In this document: positions 36,675 to 46,115 of the stretch, one piece after another | Layout: the number at the start of each line of letters is the position of its first letter | How positions within the stretch are numbered: position 1 is the first letter of the stretch | Assembly (NCBI GenBank): GCA_965651265.1 | Contig: CBFGRV010000010.1 | Location: 14,923-78,922, forward strand | Direction of reading: 5' to 3' | DNA from: an uncultured Rhodothermales bacterium | GTDB taxonomy: Bacteria; Bacteroidota; Rhodothermia; Rhodothermales; VXPQ01 | Length of the DNA: 64,000 nt | Made by a program: the position numbers and the translations under genes | The notes under the pieces: generated by a model | What the model saw: only the letters and a program-made list of their open reading frames with translations | The model's database searches: none | Told to the model about the DNA's origin: nothing

Positions 36675-37889
36675 TCAGTCCAGGTCCTCGTAGCCCGCGC
36701 AGGCTGCGATCGATTCGGCCTTATCCTGCTGATCCGTCTGGACATAGGCCGAGAAGAGCGCCTGGCACACCGACGTGGCATCATCTCCACTGGATTCCAT
36801 CAACGACTTCGCGCGCTCCAGAGGCGGAATGGCCTGGGCAAACAAGTCGCGGCGCTGGCCCGCCAATTCTTCGATCTCCTGCTCGCGCTGTTGAATTTCG
36901 GCATCGGAGAGCTGAGATCGCTCGGTCCGCAGCGCGTCATCCAGCTCATTGATCCGCTCGTTGACGTCGACGGCCTTATTGACGTAGGAGGCACCGAGGT
37001 TGTATTGCGCATTTGCATACTCGGGATCCACCTGCACGGCCACCTCCAGATGCTCGATCGCCTCGTCATACTCCTCGGCCTCCAGCAGGAGCGATCCGAG
37101 GTTGTAGCGGTACAGCTTGTTCTGCGGGTCTCTCTGGACGGCCGCACGGTATTCGTTCAGCGCGTCCTCGATACGGCCCGTCTGCACGTAGGCGTTCAGA
37201 AGCTGAGCCTGCAGATCGGCATTGTCGGGATGCAGTTCCACGGCTCTCTCGAGGACACTGAGGGCCTGCTGGGGCTCGTTCCGCTGGTTGTAAAGGTCCG
37301 CGAGAAACATGAACGTCTCGGCCTGCGTGTCGCCGTGCTCTATGGCCTGCTCGAGGGGCTCGACGGCCTCCTGCGTGCGCCCGGTGTTCAGCAGCGCGTA
37401 GGCCTTGTTCACATAGGCCCCGGCCGAGTCGGGCTGGATCTGCGCGGCGAGGTCGAAGTGCATCACAGCCTGATCGTAGGCTGATGCATCATTCTGACCC
37501 CTGTTGAATGCCTGGATTCCGCTGCGGAATTCGTTGTAGTACGCCAGACGAAGGCGCTGCTGGATGTCGTTCTGAAGGCCCGGATCGATCTGCACCGCCT
37601 GATTGTAGGCCTGTAGCATTTGTTCGACAATCTGACGATGCTGCTCCGGATCGCTGACTTCGCCCGCCTGCTCCTGGAGGATCTGCCCTTTCAGGTCTAA
37701 TGCCTCTGCATTCTGCGGGTTGCGCTCGAGCGCCGTATTGACGTTCTCCAGCGCCCGGTCGTAATCCTTGTTTCGCAGGTCCAGTTTGGCGCCTTCGATG
37801 TTCGGATCGCTGGAACACCCGTTGGCGCCCATCAGCAGGACCCCGCCCACTAGAAGGACGCAGAGAACGGAAAACTTTTTCATGACCAT
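36675..37889 (-). CDS. TPR-repeat lipoprotein
   Basis: Lipobox LMGANGC. Repeated 34-aa A..Y.lG / A...f..Al..dP patterns throughout. Confidence 0.8.
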   Translation of the reverse strand: MVMKKFSVLCVLLVGGVLLMGANGCSSDPNIEGAKLDLRNKDYDRALENVNTALERNPQNAEALDLKGQILQEQAGEVSDPEQHRQIVEQMLQAYNQAVQIDPGLQNDIQQRLRLAYYNEFRSGIQAFNRGQNDASAYDQAVMHFDLAAQIQPDSAGAYVNKAYALLNTGRTQEAVEPLEQAIEHGDTQAETFMFLADLYNQRNEPQQALSVLERAVELHPDNADLQAQLLNAYVQTGRIEDALNEYRAAVQRDPQNKLYRYNLGSLLLEAEEYDEAIEHLEVAVQVDPEYANAQYNLGASYVNKAVDVNERINELDDALRTERSQLSDAEIQQREQEIEELAGQRRDLFAQAIPPLERAKSLMESSGDDATSVCQALFSAYVQTDQQDKAESIAACAGYEDLD

Positions 37890-38086
37890 TGGATGTCGCT
37901 TCTATAAGGAATCGTCGACAGTAGATAGCGTTGTAAAGTACATTCTTAATGAGGCTGATACAAATGCTCGTAACGCGAGTTCTCCGCCTATTTTCCCACA
38001 CGCTCGACGGTACAGAACCGTCAAAACTCCGGTCCTCGATGTGCATTGAATCGTGATCGGCGCCGTCACGTCCGCATTCCAGATTC

Positions 38087-39136
38087 ATGTGTGGCGGCCC
38101 AATGTCAGGTTGTCCAGGGCCCATAGGGGCCAGTGTCCTTACCTATAGCACAATCTACTCGGTGACAGCGTCGCTCAAGGCTCTCCTCAACGAGATCATC
38201 GACTATGCGGGCATGTATCCGCCTGCATCGCTCTCGCTCGACGACGCAGCCAGCAAATTCGCCCAACATCGACGTTCGGCGCATTCCTGGATGCTTGCGC
38301 GGTTTATCGTGCCCACCGCGCGCCTCGCGGACCTGCCCGAACGAAGTACGCTTCTCGCGGCGCCCGAGCCGCTTCACCTGGCGCTTCTCGCCACCGGTGG
38401 CGCCACAGCCGACGCTTTTCTGCAGTCCCTCGCGGACGATCTGTCGAAGGTCCGAACCTTCCTGGATGAGCACGGATCGCACGCGACGATCGATCAGTTC
38501 GAAGCACGTCTTCCCGCCGAGTTACTCGAGACCGACGCCATCCACGTCGGTCGATTCTTGAGACAGGTCACGCAATCGCTGAAGTCGGCCGGCCTGGCGT
38601 CCACGAACATTTTCGTGGAGATTCCTGCCAACGATTTCCTTCACCAGACCGTGCCGCTGGTGGCCGGCGCCGCGGCTCAGGTCAATCGCGAGCGCGAATC
38701 CTCCACGGATGGGCGCTCAGGCCTCAAGATTCGCACCGGCGGGACGGAGCCATCCTCCATCCCCCCTGTCGAGCAGGTCGCGCTCTTCATTGCCGAATGC
38801 TTGCGGATGGAGGCGCCTTTCAAGGCCACAGCAGGACTTCACCACCCGTTTCGCAGATATGACGATAACCTGGGCAGCCCAATGCACGGCTTCATCAACG
38901 TATTTGGAGCCGCCTCGCTCGCCTCGATGCACGAGCTGGATGAGGGCCGCATCGCCGAGATCCTGATGGATGACGATCCATCCCACTTCCAATTCTCGCA
39001 AGATGCGTTTTCCTGGCAGGAGCTTTCGGTCCCCCTCGCCGTGATCGAACGTGTTCGCACCTCGAGTGCACTATCCTTCGGAAGCTGCAGCTTCGACGAG
39101 CCGGTCGAGGATCTCGAGGCCTTAGGATTGATTTGA
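38087..39136 (+). CDS. Conserved hypothetical protein (family not recognised)
   Basis: The only long ORF here that is not antisense to a recognised gene. Motifs [20 protein letters not shown] and [10 protein letters not shown] suggest an enzyme fold. It ends 7 nt before the track's GTG start of fahA at 39144, 16 nt before the ATG at 39153 that I prefer. Its own start is uncertain. Confidence 0.6.
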   Translation: MCGGPMSGCPGPIGASVLTYSTIYSVTASLKALLNEIIDYAGMYPPASLSLDDAASKFAQHRRSAHSWMLARFIVPTARLADLPERSTLLAAPEPLHLALLATGGATADAFLQSLADDLSKVRTFLDEHGSHATIDQFEARLPAELLETDAIHVGRFLRQVTQSLKSAGLASTNIFVEIPANDFLHQTVPLVAGAAAQVNRERESSTDGRSGLKIRTGGTEPSSIPPVEQVALFIAECLRMEAPFKATAGLHHPFRRYDDNLGSPMHGFINVFGAASLASMHELDEGRIAEILMDDDPSHFQFSQDAFSWQELSVPLAVIERVRTSSALSFGSCSFDEPVEDLEALGLI

Positions 39137-39152
39137 CGCGCACGTGCAACGT

Positions 39153-40421
39153 ATGACCCGATCCTTCATCGAAATCCCCGAAGCGTCCCACTTTCCCATT
39201 CAGAACCTCCCATACGGCATCTTCCGACCGCGTTCCGGCGGCGCGCCTCGTGTTGGAGTGGCTCTTGGCGATTTTGTCGTCGACCTCTCCGTTCTGGAGG
39301 AGGCCGGACTTTTCGAGGATCGAGATATCCGTGTGGAGAAGCCGTTTTCTCGAGCGTCACTCAATCATTTCATGTCGCTTGGCCGCGATGTCTGGCGCGC
39401 GGCCCGCGCCACGCTCCAATACTTGCTCGATGCAGACACGCCGGATTTGCGAGATGATGGCAAGCTCCGTTCTCGGGCCTTCTACCGGCTCGATGACGTG
39501 GAAATGCTGCTTCCGGCCTCGATAGGCGATTATACGGACTTCTACTCCTCGAGGGAGCACGCCACGAATGTGGGCACCATGTTTCGCGGCCCGGACAACG
39601 CCCTCCAACCGAACTGGCTTCATCTGCCCGTTGCATACCACGGCCGATCCAGCTCGATCGTCTGTTCGGGTACCGAAATCCGCCGTCCATGCGGACAGAG
39701 CAAGGCCGATGATGCCGAACGCCCCAGCTTCGGCCCGTCGCGCCTCCTCGATTTCGAGCTGGAGATGGGCTTCTTCATCGGCCCGGGCACGAATCTCGGA
39801 GAGCCGGTCCCGATTCATCGCGCCCACGAATACATTTTCGGGATGGTGATCGTGAACGACTGGTCGGCCAGGGACATCCAGAAATGGGAATACGTGCCGC
39901 TTGGACCGTTTCTCGGCAAGAGCTTCGCCACTACCATCTCCCCGTGGGTGGTGACCATGGATGCTCTTGAACCTTTTCGAACCCAGGGGCCGGCACAAGA
40001 TCCGGAACCCCTGGAATACCTCCGGCATCCGGACGCCAGGGCGGCTTACGACATCCAGCTCCAGGTGGCGCTCCTGCCGACCGGTTCTAATGCGCCGCAC
40101 ACCATCTGCCGCTCCAATTTCAAGTACCTCTACTGGAGCATGGCCCAGCAGTTAGCTCATCATACCGTCAATGGGTGCAACCTTCGGCCGGGCGACCTGA
40201 TGGCGTCCGGCACGATCTCGGGGCCAACACCCGAGACCTTCGGCAGCCTACTCGAATTCACGTGGCGCGGCGAAAAGCCGATAAACCTCCCGGGTGGCGA
40301 AACGAGAACGTTTCTGCAGGATGGTGATGCGGTGATCATGACGGCGTACGCCGAGGGTGAGGGATTCAGGGTGGGCTTCGGTACAGCGGAAGGGACGATC
40401 TTACCGGCGCGATACCCTTGA
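39153..40421 (+). CDS. fahA: Fumarylacetoacetase
   Basis: [21 protein letters not shown]-terminus, [19 protein letters not shown] and [17 protein letters not shown] motifs. ATG 39153 is preferred over GTG 39144. Confidence 0.9.
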   Translation: MTRSFIEIPEASHFPIQNLPYGIFRPRSGGAPRVGVALGDFVVDLSVLEEAGLFEDRDIRVEKPFSRASLNHFMSLGRDVWRAARATLQYLLDADTPDLRDDGKLRSRAFYRLDDVEMLLPASIGDYTDFYSSREHATNVGTMFRGPDNALQPNWLHLPVAYHGRSSSIVCSGTEIRRPCGQSKADDAERPSFGPSRLLDFELEMGFFIGPGTNLGEPVPIHRAHEYIFGMVIVNDWSARDIQKWEYVPLGPFLGKSFATTISPWVVTMDALEPFRTQGPAQDPEPLEYLRHPDARAAYDIQLQVALLPTGSNAPHTICRSNFKYLYWSMAQQLAHHTVNGCNLRPGDLMASGTISGPTPETFGSLLEFTWRGEKPINLPGGETRTFLQDGDAVIMTAYAEGEGFRVGFGTAEGTILPARYP

Positions 40422-40568
40422 CCTCGAGACACAATTTCATACAGTCCGACAGCTCGTAGCCACCCTGCCCGAGCCGGCTGACAAACTTCAACGGGGTGTA
40501 CACGCAGACCCTGCCACCTTTTCAAGCCCGACCCGTCTTCTCTATGTCGTTTTGACGCCACACGCGCG

Positions 40569-40585
40569 CTGGCACGAGGGTTGTT
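40569..40585 (+). promoter_or_regulatory. Sigma54-like -24/-12 element upstream of hsp20
   Basis: CTGGCACGAGGGTTGTT compared with the consensus YTGGCACGrNNNTTGCW. There is one mismatch, in the -12 GC. It lies ~110 nt upstream of the hsp20 ATG. Confidence 0.3.
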
Positions 40586-40694
40586 TATCCTTTTGGATGG
40601 AATCGCACACCGGCTCCGGCGCAGAGTCGCCTGGGGTCGGGTACGATTCCATTGAGAGGAAAATGGAGAACAAACCATACAGGGAGGTACAGCC

Positions 40695-41135
40695 ATGACA
40701 AGCCTGGTTCGCTTTTCGCCCTCCACGGATATTCGCCGGATGCAGCGCGAAATCGATCGCTTGTTCGAGGAAATCCTACCCCTCCGTCTCGATGGCGAAA
40801 ACGAAGTGGTGTCGTGGACACCACGAGTCGACCTGACGGAGACGGATGACAGCTACATCATCCACGTAGACGCTCCCGGCATGAAGAAGGGCGACTTCCG
40901 GGTCAACTGGGAGGATGATACGCTCACGATCAGTGGCGAGCGGAAATGGGAGAAGGAGTCGGAGGATCAGAATGTCGTGCGCATGGAGCGCACCTTCGGC
41001 CACTTCTACCGCTCATTCAACCTGCCGAAGGCTGTCGTGAGCGACAAAATCTCCGCCACGTACAAGGACGGAGTGCTGACCGTTCGCGTGCCGAAGGCTG
41101 AGCAGACGAAGCCGCGGCGGATCGAAATCCGCTAG
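40695..41135 (+). CDS. Small heat-shock protein (Hsp20/alpha-crystallin)
   Basis: Alpha-crystallin domain pattern (W.PRVDL.ETDD.Y......PGMKK.D..V......L.ISGER, F.RSF.LP, A.Y.DGVL.V.VPK). GGGAGG lies 7 nt before the ATG. Confidence 0.92.
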   Translation: MTSLVRFSPSTDIRRMQREIDRLFEEILPLRLDGENEVVSWTPRVDLTETDDSYIIHVDAPGMKKGDFRVNWEDDTLTISGERKWEKESEDQNVVRMERTFGHFYRSFNLPKAVVSDKISATYKDGVLTVRVPKAEQTKPRRIEIR

Positions 41136-41195
41136 TTCACAGCGGACCGGCCGAGCTGAATAGAAGGCAGAGCCGGAGATCAAATGCGATTGGCT

Positions 41196-41228
41196 CGCGC
41201 AGGATCATCCTGCGCGGGCCTTTTTATT
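41196..41228 (+). terminator. Rho-independent terminator of hsp20
   Basis: Perfect 9-bp stem CGCGCAGGA / TCCTGCGCG with a 3-nt loop, then GGCC TTTTTATT. Confidence 0.7.
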
Positions 41229-41229
41229 A

Positions 41230-41374
41230 GGTAGGCACGAGTGCCACCGACCGATCGAATTTGTTCGGTCGGCACGCGTGCTTCTTACCGATCGATTTTA
41301 TTCCGTGGGCACGCGTGCTTCCCACCGATCGATTTTATTCGGTGGGCAGGAGTGCTTCCCCACCAATTAACAGG
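41230..41374. repeat. Tandem repeat, ~4 x 36-38 bp, each unit carrying palindromes
   Basis: Units at 41230, 41267, 41305 and 41341, consensus GGTGGGCACGCGTGCTTCCCACCGATCGATTTTATTC. Contains GCACGCGTGC and CGATCG palindromes and a GTGGG...CCCAC stem. Ends 1 nt before the NUDIX ATG. Confidence 0.9.
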
Positions 41375-41375
41375 C

Positions 41376-42032
41376 ATGAGTGAGGCTACGCGAACGTCGT
41401 TTGCATCCTTGATGAAGCGGCTCGAAGAGCGTCTCGGGCACCCACTTCCGGGTCCCGAAGCGCAGCTGCAGATGGCGCCGATGCACTCCAGGGCATCGGA
41501 GCGCATCAATGTGTCCGGCCGCGACTGCAGGGAGGCCGGGGTCCTTGCGCTTCTCCATCCCATGGATGACGTGCCTCACGTCGTGTTGACCGTCCGGCGC
41601 GCCCACCTAAAGCATCACCCCGGGCAGGTCTCCTTTCCGGGAGGTCAGCGCGAAGGCGACGAGCCGCTTCTGCAGACCGCCCTGCGCGAAGCTCAGGAAG
41701 AGGTCGATGTCTCTCCGAATGAAGTGACCGTGCTCGGGCAGTTGACGCCCCTCTACATCCCGCCCTCAGGATTCTGCGTGTACCCGTTCGTGGGCTTCAC
41801 CGAGCGTGTAACGCTCACGCCCCAGGATCGCGAAGTTGAGCGCATCGTGCATGTCCCCTTCCCACAGCTACTCGATCCGGCCCGCGTCCGCGAAGAGGAG
41901 TGGATGGTGCGCGGCGATCGCTTGCTGGTCCGCTACTTCGATGCGGAGGGTCTGCGTATCTGGGGAGCGACGGCGATGATGCTGTCCGAACTCGTCGCGA
42001 TTGTTAAGAGCATTGACGCGGACCGCCACTGA
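41376..42032 (+). CDS. NUDIX hydrolase (CoA pyrophosphatase-like)
   Basis: Nudix box GGQREGDEPLLQTALREAQEEVDV. The track start (GTG 41241) reads through the tandem repeat, so I trimmed to ATG 41376. Confidence 0.8.
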   Translation: MSEATRTSFASLMKRLEERLGHPLPGPEAQLQMAPMHSRASERINVSGRDCREAGVLALLHPMDDVPHVVLTVRRAHLKHHPGQVSFPGGQREGDEPLLQTALREAQEEVDVSPNEVTVLGQLTPLYIPPSGFCVYPFVGFTERVTLTPQDREVERIVHVPFPQLLDPARVREEEWMVRGDRLLVRYFDAEGLRIWGATAMMLSELVAIVKSIDADRH

Positions 42033-42117
42033 CGCACAGGCCTCCCACAGAGCCGTGTACTTGAGCTGCCTGCGCGCGAGATGGCCACGTCATTTGAAGT
42101 CCGCCGGTCGTCCGACG

Positions 42118-42360
42118 ATGACGATGGCGGGTCAGGAGTACGATTCCGTACTCCCTGCGCGCGCTGGCGAAGTGGACGTCTATATCTACAATGTGCTGGG
42201 GCAGCGCGTCCTGCACTACAAGATTGGAGCGCAGCGCGCTGGTCGGTACCAGCAGCACATAGACATGAGTCCCTTCGCCAGCGGGGTCTACTTCTACGAA
42301 TTGCGGGTTCGCGCCGAACGTCGCGAGGCCTTCCGTGAAGTCAGGAAATCGTCTTCGTGA
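42118..42360 (+). pseudogene. Orphan T9SS C-terminal sorting-domain remnant
   Basis: VDVYIYNVLGQRVLHYKIGAQRAGRYQQHIDMSPFASGVYFYELRV matches the V.vYd.lGr.V...G.h...wd....sGvYfyrL pattern of Por_Secre_tail domains. There is no signal peptide and no passenger domain, and the upstream part of the ORF overlaps the NUDIX gene. Confidence 0.45.
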
Positions 42361-42403
42361 CGTCACCTTCGCCGCGAGCTGAAGTCGACAGACCGGCGCG
42401 GCT

Positions 42404-43270
42404 TCAGCCGCCGGCTTGCTTGCCGGGCCCGGTCTCGATCGGAGCACCGACCAGGTTGCCCCACTCCGTCCACGAGCCGTCGTAGTTCTTCACGTCCTCA
42501 AATCCGAGCAGGTACTTGAGCACGAACCACGAATGGCTGCTGCGCTCGCCGATGCGGCAGTACGTGATCACCGGGCGATCATCCGTGATGCCTGCCTGCC
42601 GGTAAAGCTCGCGCAGCTCCGACGCCGGCTTGAACGTGCCGTCCTCGTCGTTGACGGCTTTCGACCAGGGAATGTTGGATGCGCCGGGGATGTGACCGCC
42701 GCGCTGGCACGTCTCCGGCAATCCTGGAGGCGCCAGAATCTCGCCCGAAAATTCCGCCGGACTGCGAACGTCGACGAGCCCAACCGCACCGTTCATGGCC
42801 TTTTGCTGGACTTCCGGAAGGAAGGCGCGGTGCGAAAGATCGAGTTCCCTGGCCTGATAGTTGGATGGAGTGACGGACGGTCGCTCGGTCGTGAGCTCGC
42901 GCCCCTCCTTCTCCCATTTCTTGCGGCCGCCGTCCATGATGCGGGCATCGTCGTGGCCGTACATCTTCAATTGCCACAGCGCCCACGCGGCGAACCAGTT
43001 GTTGCTGTCGCCATAGAGGATGACGGTATCCTCGTTGTTGACGCCACTCTCGCGCATCAATGCCTCGAAGTCCTCGCGCGAGAGAATGTCTCGCCGAACC
43101 TGATCGGCGAGCTGGGTCTTCCAGCTCCATCCGATGGCGCCGGGAACGTGGCCCTTGTCATATAACTCCGTATCGACGTTGACCTCCACAATCACGACGT
43201 TCGGATCATCCTTGTGCTGGGCCACCCAGTCGGTGGTAACCAGGGCTTCCGGGTGTGCATACTCTGCCAT
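42404..43270 (-). CDS. Thiosulfate/3-mercaptopyruvate sulfurtransferase (tandem rhodanese)
   Basis: Two rhodanese domains. Active-site loop CRIGERSS. GHVPGA and GHIPGA motifs. Confidence 0.9.
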   Translation of the reverse strand: MAEYAHPEALVTTDWVAQHKDDPNVVIVEVNVDTELYDKGHVPGAIGWSWKTQLADQVRRDILSREDFEALMRESGVNNEDTVILYGDSNNWFAAWALWQLKMYGHDDARIMDGGRKKWEKEGRELTTERPSVTPSNYQARELDLSHRAFLPEVQQKAMNGAVGLVDVRSPAEFSGEILAPPGLPETCQRGGHIPGASNIPWSKAVNDEDGTFKPASELRELYRQAGITDDRPVITYCRIGERSSHSWFVLKYLLGFEDVKNYDGSWTEWGNLVGAPIETGPGKQAGG

Positions 43271-43469
43271 GTCTCGTCTTTGGTTTGTGGGTGGTGGTTC
43301 TTTGGATGGAAGAACGTAGAAGAAAGTTGCCGCCTATCCCAAGGGTGAAATGCGTAAGAATTAGTTAAGGTTTTGGAAGCGATACCAGTTCCCTGGTCCG
43401 AGTTGGCACCCTTTTGTATATACATCGGCCGCTATTTGCGGCCCTGCGGCGACGTCTAAAATCCTGCCG

Positions 43470-45284
43470 ATGAGAGAGTTCCAGTTCGATCCCAGTCAAC
43501 TTCCGGAATACAAGCCGCTCGAGTCCTACGGAATCATCGGCGACAGTCGTACGGCAGTGCTGGTTAGTGCGGACGGCTCGATCGACTGGGCCTGCCTGCC
43601 GGATTTCGATAGCCCATCCGTCTTCGGCGCACTTCTGGATCCCGAGGCGGGGCGACTCGCGATTCGCCCATCCGATCCCTTCACGGCGTGGCAGCGATAC
43701 GAACGGGGAACGAACGTCCTCACGACCGAAATGGCGACCGCTCGCGGCACGATGCGCATACGCGACTTTATGCCGTATACGAGGCGCAAGGTCCCGACGG
43801 CCGAGATTTATCGTCGCGTGGAGTGCTTGCGCGGCACCGTCGATTTTGAGGTCATCTTCGAACCGCGATTTGATTACGGACTCCGCCTGCCGAAGCTTCA
43901 AGTCGGCAACTACGGAGTGAAGGCCGTCGACCAGGAGGGACATTCGCTCGTGCTGTCGACGGAACTGCAGATGGAGATCGAGGACGGCCGAGCCGTCGCA
44001 CGGGCCTCGATGCAGGCCGGCCAGGAGCTCTATTTCGTCTGCGACTGGGGTGCGTACAATGTTCACCCCGTGGCCAGCTACCAGCCCGACCGCCGGCTCT
44101 GGCAAGTTCGGACGTTCTGGCGAAACTGGGTGGACCGGCTGACCTATCACGGACGGTACCGAGATGCTGTCGAGCGCAGCCTCCTCACCCTGAAGCTCCT
44201 GACGTACGAGCCAACGGGAGCCATCGTGGCCGCGCCCACGACCTCGCTCCCCGAATGGCCGGGCGGCGGGCGCAACTGGGACTACCGCTACTCGTGGGTT
44301 CGGGATTCCGCCTTTATTCTCCGCGCCCTCTTTCAGGCTCAATACATCGAGGAGGGAGCTTCCTATTTCGACTGGCTGCTCGGCCAGGCCCTCGAGGGAG
44401 GTCCGCTCCAGATCATGTACGGCATCCGCGGAGAACGGTCCCTGCCCGAGCGCGAGCTGCCGCTGAGAGGCTATCGTGACTCGCGGCCCGTTCGCATCGG
44501 CAACGCCGCGGTCGATCAGTTCCAGCTCGACATCTACGGGAGCCTCATCGATGCCGCATTACGATACGATCGGCAGGGCGGCCTCCTGACGGTCACCGAA
44601 TGGGAGAAGATCACGGCGATCACCGAAATCGTTCGCCGACGATGGACCGAACCCGACGCCGGCATCTGGGAGGCCCGGACCGAGGCACGTCACTACACCT
44701 ATTCGAAGGTATGGGCCTGGGTGGCGCTCACACGTGCGGCCGAGCTCGCCCGGCAACTCAACGCCGATGCGCCGGTCGAGGAGTGGCGGCGCGAAGCCCA
44801 TCGAATCCAGGAGGAGGTGCTCGAGAAAGCCTGGGATCCAGATGTAGGCGCCTTTACGCAGTCGTATGGCGACCGAGCCCTCGATGCGTCGATTCTCGTC
44901 ATGCCGTCCGTGGGATTCATATCGGCAACGGATCCCCGCTTCAAGAGCACGCTCGAGGCATGCATTCGCGAGCTTCAGGCCGGGCCCTATCCTCTCCTCT
45001 ACCGCTACCGCAATGAAGATGGGCTGACCGACCCGGAAGGCGCCTTCCTACTTCCGTCGTTCTGGATGGTGGAGGCCATCGGTTTGACCGGCGACCTTCG
45101 TACGGCCCGGGCCGCCCTGGCCGCCTTGATCGAGCACATGAGCCCCGTCGGACTCTACTCCGAAGAAGTCCATCCCGAAAGCGGAGATCTACTCGGCAAT
45201 TTTCCGCAGGGATTCAGCCACCTCGGACTCATCAATGCCGTGTTCAGGCTGGAAGAGCTGAAGCGCATGGAGGAAGGATGGTAG
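43470..45284 (+). CDS. Glycoside hydrolase family 15 protein (glucoamylase/trehalase-like)
   Basis: YGIIGD.RTAVLVS.DGSIDW.CLP.FDSPSVF N-domain, NWDYRYSWVRDSAF catalytic-domain motif, and FPQGFSHLGLINA near the C-terminus. Confidence 0.9.
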   Translation: MREFQFDPSQLPEYKPLESYGIIGDSRTAVLVSADGSIDWACLPDFDSPSVFGALLDPEAGRLAIRPSDPFTAWQRYERGTNVLTTEMATARGTMRIRDFMPYTRRKVPTAEIYRRVECLRGTVDFEVIFEPRFDYGLRLPKLQVGNYGVKAVDQEGHSLVLSTELQMEIEDGRAVARASMQAGQELYFVCDWGAYNVHPVASYQPDRRLWQVRTFWRNWVDRLTYHGRYRDAVERSLLTLKLLTYEPTGAIVAAPTTSLPEWPGGGRNWDYRYSWVRDSAFILRALFQAQYIEEGASYFDWLLGQALEGGPLQIMYGIRGERSLPERELPLRGYRDSRPVRIGNAAVDQFQLDIYGSLIDAALRYDRQGGLLTVTEWEKITAITEIVRRRWTEPDAGIWEARTEARHYTYSKVWAWVALTRAAELARQLNADAPVEEWRREAHRIQEEVLEKAWDPDVGAFTQSYGDRALDASILVMPSVGFISATDPRFKSTLEACIRELQAGPYPLLYRYRNEDGLTDPEGAFLLPSFWMVEAIGLTGDLRTARAALAALIEHMSPVGLYSEEVHPESGDLLGNFPQGFSHLGLINAVFRLEELKRMEEGW

Positions 45285-45285
45285 G

Positions 45286-45369
45286 GTCGGAAGTCGGAAG
45301 TCGGAGGTCGGATGTCAGATGTCGGAAGTTGGAAGCCGGAAGACGGAAGTCGGAGGTCAGAGGTCGGAT
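45286..45369. repeat. Heptanucleotide microsatellite, 12 x 7 bp (GTCGGAA and variants)
   Basis: Twelve contiguous in-register heptamers. They fill the 72-bp gap between convergent GH15 and otsB and extend through the otsB stop codon into its last 3 codons. Confidence 0.95.
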
Positions 45370-46094
45370 GGGTCGCTGAGATAGCCTCGCAGGTAGTCGA
45401 CGACGTCGTTCACATCCCCGAGCCGGTACTTCGCGGCCGTTTCGCCGGGACCAACCTTGATGGTAATGGCATCGGCATCCAACACCCTGAATGCATCCTC
45501 ATCCGTGACATCGTCCCCGATATAAATGGGCGTGCGACCCGGAAACCCGTCGATGACGTCCAGTATCGCCGTCCCCTTGCTGGTACGCTTCGGGCGGAGT
45601 TCGACGACATCCTTCCCCCAGATCGCATCGAGCGAATCCGGCGTGGCCTCGGCCCATTCAGAAATCAGACGCCGCGCGGCGTCCTTGTCGCCGGATAGAC
45701 GATAGTGAACGGCGAACATTGGACCCTTCTCCTCGATCTGAATGCCCTCGGAAATGGGTGCCGAGCGGCGCATAGAGAGAATCGCCGCGCGCTCCTCATC
45801 CGATATGCGAAACGACGTAGGGCCGTGAAGCCGGCCATGTTGGATGCCGTGAAGCCCGATGGCGTCCACGCTCTGATCGATGAGCTGCTCGAGGTCGCTC
45901 AGGTGCCGGCCTGAAATGATCCAGACAGGATATCGTCGCGCCAGCGCCTCCATCAGTTCGGGGACGTCGGGGTGCGGAAAAGCCTGCATGGGATCATCCA
46001 CGATGGGGGCTAGCGTCCCATCGTAGTCGAGAAAGAACAGCGGATCGGGGGCGATGGGGAGTCGGTCACTCATCGTCTTTGCCTTCTTGGCCAT
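45357..46094 (-). CDS. otsB: Trehalose-6-phosphate phosphatase
   Basis: HAD motif I FLDYDGTL and motif IV IYIGDDVTDEDAF. Confidence 0.85.
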   Translation of the reverse strand: MAKKAKTMSDRLPIAPDPLFFLDYDGTLAPIVDDPMQAFPHPDVPELMEALARRYPVWIISGRHLSDLEQLIDQSVDAIGLHGIQHGRLHGPTSFRISDEERAAILSMRRSAPISEGIQIEEKGPMFAVHYRLSGDKDAARRLISEWAEATPDSLDAIWGKDVVELRPKRTSKGTAILDVIDGFPGRTPIYIGDDVTDEDAFRVLDADAITIKVGPGETAAKYRLGDVNDVVDYLRGYLSDPSDL

Positions 46095-46115
46095 GGCGCA
46101 CTACGCCAACGATTG

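Noticed and set aside
41241-41375. The N-terminal 45 residues of the track's NUDIX ORF.
   Set aside because: They are translated tandem repeat with a repetitive peptide from a GTG start. The ATG at 41376 gives a normal NUDIX N-terminus.
43413-43426. A second TGGCAC...TTGT motif upstream of the GH15 gene as a sigma54 promoter.
   Set aside because: The spacing between TGGCAC and TTG is 4 nt rather than 5, so the -24/-12 register is wrong.
45312-45698. A 128-aa plus-strand ORF starting in the heptamer tract.
   Set aside because: The N-terminus is translated microsatellite, and the rest is antisense to otsB.
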